Source of the DNA: a virus
Lineage: Duplodnaviria > Caudoviricetes
Length of the DNA: 36,490 nt
Virus record (IMG/VR): IMGVR_UViG_3300025357_000003
Span: 1-36,490 of that record
Strand: one strand, 5' to 3'
Shown: piece after piece, positions 27,109 to 34,492 of the stretch
Layout: the number at the start of each line of letters is the position of its first letter
Numbering within the stretch: position 1 is the stretch's first letter
The notes under the pieces: model-generated
What the model was told of the DNA's origin: nothing
What the model saw: the letters and a program-made list of their open reading frames with translations, nothing else
The model's database searches: none
Position numbers and translations under genes: made by a program

Positions 27109-27141
27109 TTAGCGACGAGCCTTACGACCCTTGCGACGCAT
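27109..27141 (-). CDS. Micro-peptide MRRKGRKARR
   Basis: GGAGG RBS 5 nt before the ATG; 10 codons plus TAA. Confidence 0.7.
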   Translation of the reverse strand: MRRKGRKARR

Positions 27142-27187
27142 GTGCGCCTCCATAGCTGGAAGTTGCGGGACGGGTGAAAAGCGCCAA

Positions 27188-27220
27188 TTAGCGCTTGTGC
27201 TTACGAGCCTTGCGAGCCAT
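27188..27220 (-). CDS. Micro-peptide MARKARKHKR
   Basis: AGGAGG RBS 6 nt before the ATG; 10 codons plus TAA. Confidence 0.7.
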   Translation of the reverse strand: MARKARKHKR

Positions 27221-27261
27221 TGATGGCCTCCTGCTGCTAGTGTGATCGTCCCCAAAACTCT

Positions 27262-27306
27262 TTACTTCCGGCGGCTACGACGAGACCGCTTTACGGACTT
27301 GTACAT
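27262..27306 (-). CDS. Micro-peptide MYKSVKRSRRSRRK
   Basis: AGGAG RBS; TAATG coupling with the upstream ORF; 14 codons plus TAA. Confidence 0.65.
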   Translation of the reverse strand: MYKSVKRSRRSRRK

Positions 27307-27470
27307 TACGCTCTCCTCATAGTTCTATCGGGGCGCGTCATGGGACGGCCCGCTAGATTTCTAACATTAGAGACGCGGTATTGTATAGATGCGGGCTTTT
27401 CAGCCATAGAGACATCACGCCCTGTAGCACGGGGCTGATCACCAACTCTGACTTGGCCTTGATTAGCCAT
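27306..27470 (-). CDS. 54-aa Arg-rich protein
   Basis: MANQGQVRVGDQPRATG...RPDRTMRRA; start overlaps the end of the portal gene. Confidence 0.65.
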   Translation of the reverse strand: MANQGQVRVGDQPRATGRDVSMAEKPASIQYRVSNVRNLAGRPMTRPDRTMRRA

Positions 27471-29076
27471 TGGCCTTTTTCCCTTGCGGAGGCGGAGCGG
27501 GCGGCTGAAGGGCCTTCATCTGTTCGGCCTTCTTCAACTTTTCTTTGAGCATCTGCTTCATTGGTGGATCGAGCATATCGATCAATGACTCTTTGTCAAT
27601 AGCCTGTGCCTTAAACAGGTTGAAGGCCAAAGACCTCAGGTCTTCCATGAAGATCGGGCTGTTTGAGTGGGCGTCCACCTTCACCACAAAATTCCGAGTA
27701 AACTGCTCGGCTATGAACTTCTGCCCTTCAACGTCTTTGAAGTGTGTGGGGTCATACGCCTGCATCAGTTTCAAATAGAGGGTCGCCAACTTTTCCAGAG
27801 AGTTCTCAACGATGAGGGCACGCTTCTTCGCGCGAGACGAACCAAGGCGAGCAAGCTGCGATGCGTGGCCCGCAGAACGAACGCCTTGTTCACCGCGACC
27901 AGACAAGACTTCCGAAATGCCGGAAGCCTCGGCAAACATCGCGTCAATTTCACGAAGCTGCTCGTAAAGGCTCTCAGGAAGATCGGGCGCAAGGCGCTCG
28001 ACTTTGGTGTTGGGCATATCGGTCGCCAGCAAACCGCCAGCGCGGTTCAGGGCAAAGTTCTTCTCGTCCAGAATGCCGGTAAAGCCCGTGAGGGCGGTCG
28101 GCGGGTTCACTTGCTTGGAAAGAAGATCGAGGATTTCGTTCATGCGCTTGTTGCGCATTTCCTGAAGGAACATCAGGCGCGAAACTTCCGACTGACCCCA
28201 ATAGTAATCGGGCATCGGGTTCGGCGCGACTTGGATGAACGGGCTCTCACCCTTCAGGAACATCTTTTCGTTTTCGCGGTCGTAAATGATCACGTCTGGG
28301 TCGGCGCGCGTGACGACTTGGTAGTCCTGCGTCTCGTCGTTCCAGACGTACAGCTCCGTCATCTCGATGGTGTCTTCTTCGACCTCCGGCTTCATCCGGT
28401 TCTGGCCGTAAAGATTGAGATTGACGTTGCCGTACATGGTCGGATCGACCTGGCTCAGGATGATGCGGTCAACGCCGTTCGGCGTGTAGGACTCAACATG
28501 CTGAGAGGTCGTAACGCGCTGCACAATGCTTTCGCGCTTGGGGTGCGCGTAAAGCCGAGCGTAAAGGTCGGATTTAGTTATATAGTAGGTCTGGACGAAG
28601 GCTTCTTGCCGATCAAGGTAAGGAATGTCTTCTCTCAGGACGCCGAAGTTGTTTGGATCAATAAAGTAAGGATGGATAGCTCCGTTGGAGACAACGAGCT
28701 TGATAAAACCGGAATTGTAGACCATCGCCCAAGTGAGCGCGGTGTTAAACACTTGATCAGCGTTTGAATTGTTCCACTCATCGTTTAGGGCCTGTTCCAG
28801 ACGCGGGATGTAGCGGTATTGGTCTTCGTGGGCCGACGCGCCAAGGTTGATCGAGAAGCGCGTGGTGTCCGCCGAGTACAAGAAGCTCACGAGCTGGTCG
28901 ATGTGAGGAAAAATCTTGTTGTACTGCGCGGGGCTCTCCTCGGGCGCAGACCCGAAGAGATAGTAGGACTTGAGAGCGGAATAATCCGCCCGGCGGCTCT
29001 CGCGAGACACCAGGCATTTGCGGATCAGGTCTTGATAGAAGAACTCCCGCTCTTCAGCTTCCTTTGGAATGATCAT
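27463..29076 (-). CDS. Portal protein
   Basis: 537 aa between terminase and capsid; P22-like features (YWGQSEV..L..LQ..RNKRMN, ASGISEVLSG). Confidence 0.85.
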   Translation of the reverse strand: MIIPKEAEEREFFYQDLIRKCLVSRESRRADYSALKSYYLFGSAPEESPAQYNKIFPHIDQLVSFLYSADTTRFSINLGASAHEDQYRYIPRLEQALNDEWNNSNADQVFNTALTWAMVYNSGFIKLVVSNGAIHPYFIDPNNFGVLREDIPYLDRQEAFVQTYYITKSDLYARLYAHPKRESIVQRVTTSQHVESYTPNGVDRIILSQVDPTMYGNVNLNLYGQNRMKPEVEEDTIEMTELYVWNDETQDYQVVTRADPDVIIYDRENEKMFLKGESPFIQVAPNPMPDYYWGQSEVSRLMFLQEMRNKRMNEILDLLSKQVNPPTALTGFTGILDEKNFALNRAGGLLATDMPNTKVERLAPDLPESLYEQLREIDAMFAEASGISEVLSGRGEQGVRSAGHASQLARLGSSRAKKRALIVENSLEKLATLYLKLMQAYDPTHFKDVEGQKFIAEQFTRNFVVKVDAHSNSPIFMEDLRSLAFNLFKAQAIDKESLIDMLDPPMKQMLKEKLKKAEQMKALQPPAPPPQGKKANG

Positions 29077-29540
29077 TTGTCAAGCTTCAGGTTGTCTTGG
29101 TCAGCGTAGTAGCTGGCCGCGATTGGTCCGCGCGTGAGATTAGCATCTTTCGGCGAAAAGCCAACTTGCTCATCTTTCACGGGCTTGATCATGCCATTTA
29201 ACATTCCCTGCATGTTAAATCTGCCCGCATCTCCCCACATCACGGCGTTGCCGGGCCGGTCAACGTTGGGTTGTTCGGGCACCGGGGCGTTGTTGCGGGT
29301 CAGATAGCCAGCTTGAGCCTCGCCTTCCTTGACAGACTTGATGTCGGTCATGTCGAAGTCCTTGGCAAGCTGCTTCAGGTTTGTGTCGTTGCGCTTGGAG
29401 CGGCCACCAATCACCGAGTCCCGCATGGTGGGGGCTCTGAGGATCACCTGAGCCACATCCTCGCAGCCTTCGTGGCATACGGGTTCCCAAGCGGTGAAGT
29501 ATCCGTGCCGTGGGCACTTGTAGTCTCGCATTACAGCCAT
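29073..29540 (-). CDS. Zn-ribbon (FmdB-like) protein
   Basis: DYKCPRHG.F......C..GC N-terminus. Confidence 0.6.
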   Translation of the reverse strand: MAVMRDYKCPRHGYFTAWEPVCHEGCEDVAQVILRAPTMRDSVIGGRSKRNDTNLKQLAKDFDMTDIKSVKEGEAQAGYLTRNNAPVPEQPNVDRPGNAVMWGDAGRFNMQGMLNGMIKPVKDEQVGFSPKDANLTRGPIAASYYADQDNLKLDK

Positions 29541-29550
29541 GTACGTCCCC

Positions 29551-29943
29551 TTACTTGTTGAACTGCTCGTCAAAGCCGGGCTTAGAATAGTCCGACTTGT
29601 TCTTTATCCCCACTTTCAAAGCGATCTTTCCGCCATCGACGGTGAGGTTCATACTTTTGGCTAATCTGGGCTTTGGTTCTTGCCGGTAGATCAGCCTGCG
29701 CTTGTTTCCCTTATCATAGACCATCACCACGTCGCCACGGGTCATACGCTCCAGGGCACGGCTCACGGCGATCTGTGTGTGTTCGGTCATATCCATATCT
29801 TTGACGTAGAAGACCCGTGTAAGAAGCGACTGACTTAGGCCGGACAGTTCTGCGAACATCCTGATGCTCAGCGTCTTGTCGGTGTCTTTCCAGAACCGAT
29901 CCATTTGGCGGTAAATTTCCGCCTTGGTCATGACTTTCATCAT
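29551..29943 (-). CDS. HTH-containing hypothetical protein
   Basis: LSIRMFAELSGLSQSLLTRV; ATGA overlap with the terminase stop. Confidence 0.6.
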   Translation of the reverse strand: MMKVMTKAEIYRQMDRFWKDTDKTLSIRMFAELSGLSQSLLTRVFYVKDMDMTEHTQIAVSRALERMTRGDVVMVYDKGNKRRLIYRQEPKPRLAKSMNLTVDGGKIALKVGIKNKSDYSKPGFDEQFNK

Positions 29944-31700
29944 TGCCCATAAATCCCAATCTTCTTGAGATAGGTGGATACGTTTCTGCCGACGGACAAT
30001 TCTTCCGGCGTGATGGCTTCCTGAGCATTGGATACCTGACGGGTCAGCCGCTCCATCAGCAACCGGGGCTGGAGCTGTTCTGCGTAGGCCGCGCAGGCCA
30101 GCGCCATCGCAATCACGCGATCGTCCTTGCCTCTGCCGGGGGCGTGGATGGACCCACCCTCGCGGACGATGCCTTTCATTTCTTCCAAGGTGTCCATCGA
30201 CAGGATGTTCATCATCTGCCGCTCGAAGTAATCCTTGGTGTAGTTCATCATGCGCTCTTTCGAGCCCTGCGTGGTGAGCCAACCGATAGAATTTGAGATG
30301 CCGCCAAGTGTGTCGTTCTTGCGCCAAATGTAATTGGTCATCGAGCCCAGAACGTGCATAAGGCCCTTGCCGGTTGCGCCGCCCATCGAGACGGCGTGGC
30401 GCTTCAGGTTTCTGAGTTCGTTGATGACGGCTTGGCCGGGGCCGTTAACTTCCAGATTGAGTGTAGAATTCTTATACGCTCCAGCCAGGTGAGCGATGAC
30501 CCATGCGAATTGATAGGTATTGAGTTCAGAGGTAGCAAACTCAGCCACCTGATCCAATCCGTCCGCATAGCACCTAAACACTTGGATGCAGAAACGATCT
30601 GCCCAGTCTGATGATCCATAGGCAGGATCGGCTCCAATAACGTAGTAGGCTGTATCAATTGGCTCTTCCCAAATCTTAAGGGTAGCAAGCTTGTCCGAGC
30701 TTTTGAGGACTTCGGTGTCTTGGAAGTTTGATCCGAAGGAGTATCGGTAGGCGTCGAACTTTTTGTTCTTGGCGACACGAGCGGCCTCAGAGCATCTGGA
30801 GTTGGAGAAGAACGAGGAACCAGTCATCACGAAGGCATAGTCCTCCGTGGGCGGGAATTCCTGATACATCAGCGCGTCGTCTTTGATCCCCTCCGCCAGC
30901 TTCCACCGCCACCAAGCGATCTGCCGCGAATTGAGTTCAAAGTTGTACATCTTCTTGATGTCGCGGTTCCATTCCTTCTCTTCGCCGGTCAGCCGCCCAT
31001 CCCAATAAGTTTTGTAAACGGAGGACTCAGGATCAGCCGAATAGAATTCGTTGCGCCACCACCCGCAGAAGATAGCGCGCTGGGTGCGGGCCTTCTTTGC
31101 GGTCACATACATATCGTGGAACATGTTGAAGCCGCGCGCCGTGCTCTCAAACATGTAGAGGCGGTCGGGATTGGTCTCTGCAAGAGACGCCAACAGGGAC
31201 GCCAAGCCTTCCTCGTCGCCCCAGGAGCTTGTCTCAGTGCCGTGGAGGAAGGTGATAGCCTTACCGCGTCCAAGGCTGCCCTTGGCCCTTAAACCGGCCA
31301 CCTGATAGAACAAGCGAGACCGATTGCGCAGGGACAACGAGTTACGGTTGTGCGTCACCTGAGGGATTTTGAATTCCTTCGGAAGACCGTCCATGTACAT
31401 CGCAAGCGTCGTGCGAAACATGTCCCGATTTTCTTCAGTATCTGTGGTGAGAGTAGCTTGCAGACCAGGATGGGTAAATGTCCAATAAAGATCAAGAGCC
31501 AGACTAATGGTAGTGATGCCCAACTGGCGGCCTTTAAGAATAACGTAAAAATGGCAGTCATCCTCCAGCCCGCGAGCGATCTCGTTCATCACATAGGTCT
31601 GCGTTCCCAGCAGACGGTCCATCCGCTTGAGGCCTTGTTCTTTGGTCTCAATCTTGAGCTGATTGCAGAAGCGATAGAACTTGTTGAGATTGAACGTCAC
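29940..31700 (-). CDS. terL: Terminase large subunit
   Basis: ILKGRQLGITT (Walker A), FLHGTE (Walker B position), ESTA (motif C), QEFP, IGADPA and DDRVIA nuclease motifs. Confidence 0.9.
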   Translation of the reverse strand: MTFNLNKFYRFCNQLKIETKEQGLKRMDRLLGTQTYVMNEIARGLEDDCHFYVILKGRQLGITTISLALDLYWTFTHPGLQATLTTDTEENRDMFRTTLAMYMDGLPKEFKIPQVTHNRNSLSLRNRSRLFYQVAGLRAKGSLGRGKAITFLHGTETSSWGDEEGLASLLASLAETNPDRLYMFESTARGFNMFHDMYVTAKKARTQRAIFCGWWRNEFYSADPESSVYKTYWDGRLTGEEKEWNRDIKKMYNFELNSRQIAWWRWKLAEGIKDDALMYQEFPPTEDYAFVMTGSSFFSNSRCSEAARVAKNKKFDAYRYSFGSNFQDTEVLKSSDKLATLKIWEEPIDTAYYVIGADPAYGSSDWADRFCIQVFRCYADGLDQVAEFATSELNTYQFAWVIAHLAGAYKNSTLNLEVNGPGQAVINELRNLKRHAVSMGGATGKGLMHVLGSMTNYIWRKNDTLGGISNSIGWLTTQGSKERMMNYTKDYFERQMMNILSMDTLEEMKGIVREGGSIHAPGRGKDDRVIAMALACAAYAEQLQPRLLMERLTRQVSNAQEAITPEELSVGRNVSTYLKKIGIYGQ

Positions 31701-32269
31701 TTGAGCCCCAATGCTTGTCGCATTTGATCCATAATCTTGATTTGTTCAGGTGAGTAAACCTTGGCGTAATCTGAAGGATTGAATTGTTTGGACACATAAC
31801 CACGCAGATATTGCGGCCAACCAGATTGCTCAAGCCACTGCTCGTATGGTCGATCTTCTTTTAAAGCGCGGTCTTGAGTGGCTTCCCTGTACAGTTCTTT
31901 TAAAAAGTCTTGACCGGCAGGATTTTGCCCAGTCGCAGACTGAAATTGTTTGTACATCTCAGCCATTCTGGGATCGTTGTAGATCATGTGATGGGTCAGG
32001 TAATCGCCAACGAACCCTTCTGGCGAAAGTCCCTGTGAAGACCACACGCCAATGCCAACCTTATCCATTGGAAGGCCGGTGGGTCGATCTTCTTCGCCAA
32101 CAGGATAGGTTTCCAGACCAGCATCGCCAGGGCGCTGAACGCCGGGAGGATTGTAGAAGAACTGAACGTCCTTCATAAATGGATAGGCTTCAGTTGTTTG
32201 CCGCCAAGTTTCCATAGCGCGGCTTTTGTCCATTGCGTTCATAACATCTTGGTTTTCAACGTCAGCCAT
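31697..32269 (-). CDS. Hypothetical protein
   Basis: AGGA RBS; MADVENQD...; GTGA overlap with terL. Confidence 0.7.
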   Translation of the reverse strand: MADVENQDVMNAMDKSRAMETWRQTTEAYPFMKDVQFFYNPPGVQRPGDAGLETYPVGEEDRPTGLPMDKVGIGVWSSQGLSPEGFVGDYLTHHMIYNDPRMAEMYKQFQSATGQNPAGQDFLKELYREATQDRALKEDRPYEQWLEQSGWPQYLRGYVSKQFNPSDYAKVYSPEQIKIMDQMRQALGLK

Positions 32270-32284
32270 CTTTTTTTCCTGTTG

Positions 32285-32335
32285 TGGTGCGCCCGAAAGG
32301 ATTTGAACCTCTGACCCTCGGTCATTGGTGAACCT
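32285..32335 (-). pseudogene. tRNA 3'-half / pseudo-tRNA ending in CCA
   Basis: GGTC-AGAGG-TTCAAAT-CCTTT-CGGGCGC-A-CCA gives a T-arm, acceptor 3' strand and CCA; no intact 5' acceptor strand or D-arm. Confidence 0.65.
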
Positions 32336-32392
32336 CAGTATTGCACAAGCCCCATGATGGGCGTCAGGCTGGTCGAAGACAAGAGCCACCGC

Positions 32393-32608
32393 TTAAGCCT
32401 TTTCATTGCCGACCTCAAGGTTGTTCTCTAACCATTCAGCCACCGCCGCCTTGATCCCGTCCGAAGTGTCGCGCAACCCAACCGGGTCAACGTCGCCGTC
32501 CTTCAACTCCCTCAACGCGGCCTCCGCTATGTCACGGGCGCTGCTGTGAACCGTGTATCCGTCGCGGTAGCGGATTTGGGACGCGCTCTGTTTGAGAAGG
32601 TCTTTCAT
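32393..32608 (-). CDS. Hypothetical protein
   Basis: GGAGG RBS; ATGA-coupled. Confidence 0.65.
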   Translation of the reverse strand: MKDLLKQSASQIRYRDGYTVHSSARDIAEAALRELKDGDVDPVGLRDTSDGIKAAVAEWLENNLEVGNEKA

Positions 32609-32829
32609 TCAATCCTCCAAACCCTGAAGCCCCCGTCCACCACCCGCGTGGCAAACTTCCGGCTGTACGTCTTCCCATACCGACTGATCAAACTCCTTGC
32701 AGAGCTTAAGAAAGAACCCTCTCTCGCCTCCACAAAGAAGCTGTCGCCAATATCCATCTCCCCAAGAGGAAATCGATACTTCGACACCTTGCTCGTCACG
32801 GGAAACGGTACGCCCCTCTCAACTTCCAT
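32605..32829 (-). CDS. Small conserved phage protein, probably DNA-binding
   Basis: VERGVPFP...FPLGEMDIGDSFFV...G.RVWR pattern. Confidence 0.75.
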   Translation of the reverse strand: MEVERGVPFPVTSKVSKYRFPLGEMDIGDSFFVEAREGSFLSSARSLISRYGKTYSRKFATRVVDGGFRVWRIE

Positions 32830-32872
32830 GTCAATCTCCAATCAATATCTACACAATAATATCGTAGATTAA

Positions 32873-33400
32873 TTAAATGTCCAATTTTTTGCTGTCCTTA
32901 TGGGCTTGCGCGTGATGCGTTCTGCACAGCCACACGACCTCCAGGGGTTTGTAATAATCCTCGTGGTGCCCATCAACTTCAAGCGCCCCGCACACGCGGC
33001 AAGGCTCTCTGACCAACTTTCCAGTCTTGAGAGCGTATTTGTAAATCTTTCTGGCCTCAGCCTTGATTGGGTATTTCTCGTAATAGCGTTGCTTGCGTTC
33101 AGCTATTGTCAGGGGCGTCCGCTCAACCTTGGGCGGCTTGGCAGCTTTCCGCTTTTCATACTTGCGGCGGTCAATTTCTTTAGCCTTCTCAGGATTGCGC
33201 TCCGCCCACTCTTTCCGTTTCAAGGTGGAGTAGCCAGGGTTCTTCTCCGCGAACCGCGCTCGGTACTCGGCAGCTTTCTCAGGCGTCAAACTCTCAGCTT
33301 GCCACTTGCGTTGATATTCAACTCGGCATTCGCGGCACCGGCGGCCCACCTTGTAGAAGGCGTCCTGGGGTTTGTCTTGTTTGCAGCTAGAACATTTCAT
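32873..33400 (-). CDS. HNH-like endonuclease
   Basis: N-terminal CxxC..CxxC; C-terminal PCRVCG...HHEDYYKPLEVVWLCRTHH. Confidence 0.75.
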   Translation of the reverse strand: MKCSSCKQDKPQDAFYKVGRRCRECRVEYQRKWQAESLTPEKAAEYRARFAEKNPGYSTLKRKEWAERNPEKAKEIDRRKYEKRKAAKPPKVERTPLTIAERKQRYYEKYPIKAEARKIYKYALKTGKLVREPCRVCGALEVDGHHEDYYKPLEVVWLCRTHHAQAHKDSKKLDI

Positions 33401-33914
33401 TCCCAAAGTAAAACACATACACCAAAACAAATCAACCCCAAAATAATTTTTATACGGGCACGATGTGGGGTGCACGCTTTCAAAGGCAGATGGACCCATG
33501 CACCTTCCCTTTGTACACGCCGGTTCTGTGTAATTACACGTTTACCATCCGTGCACTGTGGTTATAGCTGTTACACGTCAACCTGGTGTGGTTTATGTGT
33601 TCACACATGTTACCCATGTCCATTATGACATATGACAAAAACTCACATGGGTGTTCCAGGAGCGCACGGGAAGTCTATCGTATCACGACCTATTCCAAAA
33701 GCTCATAGTGCCTGTTTATTACGTATTAACATATATATCACACACCCTCTATGTATATACATATATAGGGGAACCCTAATGTTGCTACGTTTAAGTTCAT
33801 ACTGTTAAGACTCATTTTAGGTCATCTACATTATATTGGGTTACGATTTAGCTTGACCGTAGAACCAGGTGTGCTATTGTAATCATGTCAACGATGACAA
33901 CAAGGGGACACCAA
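33401..33914. promoter_or_regulatory. AT-rich non-coding control region between the divergent late and early operons
   Basis: About 510 nt with palindromes and short repeats; no credible ORF. Confidence 0.7.
33853..33880 (+). promoter_or_regulatory. Sigma70-like early promoter
   Basis: TTGACC, 16 nt, TATTGT with an extended TG. Confidence 0.55.
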
Positions 33915-34064
33915 ATGAACAAGCTCTCAAACGAACAAGCCCTGGCAGCAATCAAGACGGCAGCTGCCAACAAAGACAGCAAGGCATTCGCTAAGATCTA
34001 CATGAAAAGCCGGTTATCCTACATCGAAGCTTGGCAAGCTTACAAACAAGCCCTCCCGGTTTAA
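33915..34064 (+). CDS. 49-aa early protein
   Basis: AAGGGGAC upstream; MNKLSNEQALAAIKTAAANKDSKAFAKIYMKSRLSYIEAWQAYKQALPV. Confidence 0.7.
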   Translation: MNKLSNEQALAAIKTAAANKDSKAFAKIYMKSRLSYIEAWQAYKQALPV

Positions 34065-34075
34065 GGGGGGGCGAG

Positions 34076-34156
34076 ATGCAAGCTCTAATCACTGCAATCC
34101 TGACACTGGTGTCATTCGCTACAGTTGGCGCTCTTGTCGCCATGCTATTCATCTAA
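34076..34156 (+). CDS. 26-aa hydrophobic peptide
   Basis: MQALITAILTLVSFATVGALVAMLFI; G-rich RBS; fills the gap. Confidence 0.65.
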   Translation: MQALITAILTLVSFATVGALVAMLFI

Positions 34157-34166
34157 GGGGGGAAAC

Positions 34167-34418
34167 ATGAACAAAATCGATCCAATTTTCCAGAACGGGT
34201 TCGATCATCTCTTTTCGGATGGTCCTAATCCGCACATATGGTCCAGCACTAATTGGCTCCTGTTTGAAGCAGGCAATCTGTTTCGCAATGGCGGATGGTC
34301 AACGCCAATTCGCGCAAAAAAGAGCCGGGGCTATACCGTGAAAATAGAAACAACCTCAAACGACTTTCTGGTTCGTTTTGAAGGCGACGATTTAGTTCCG
34401 TGGATCGAACGTCTTTAA
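34167..34418 (+). CDS. Hypothetical early protein
   Basis: G-rich RBS; MNKIDPIF... Confidence 0.7.
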   Translation: MNKIDPIFQNGFDHLFSDGPNPHIWSSTNWLLFEAGNLFRNGGWSTPIRAKKSRGYTVKIETTSNDFLVRFEGDDLVPWIERL

Positions 34419-34492
34419 CGCTAACATTGCAAATCCTAGCGGCTCACGGGCCGCTACAGTGTGCAATGCCGCACAATTAGGGGACTGTTACG

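Noticed and set aside
26988-27111. Stop-codon readthrough of MRRKGRKARR through the pseudoknot region
   Set aside because: The frame stays open for about 40 codons but stops before the next gene and has no convincing motif; no support beyond an open frame.
27667-28767. Long + strand ORFs antisense to late genes (also 25699-26589, 9270-10037, 14672-15394, 32900-33628)
   Set aside because: Shadow frames of codon-biased genes, with no recognisable motifs.
29944-30327. N-terminal extensions given by the ORF track (here, and at 6746-6958, 5995-6345, 32270-32389, 33401-33499)
   Set aside because: They overlap neighbouring genes or non-coding elements; downstream starts generally have a better RBS or stop-start coupling.
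27034-32335. Split tmRNA made from the pseudoknot/short ORFs and the tRNA-like half
   Set aside because: The acceptor strand lacks the tmRNA/Ala identity, the peptides have their own ATG and RBS and lack an Ala-rich tag end, and the parts are 5 kb apart.
32285-32360. Intact functional tRNA (e.g. Trp-CCA)
   Set aside because: No 7-bp acceptor stem, no D-arm, and no U33 in the putative anticodon loop.
33480-33780. CRISPR array
   Set aside because: The repeats are only 6-8 nt and irregularly spaced; no cas genes.
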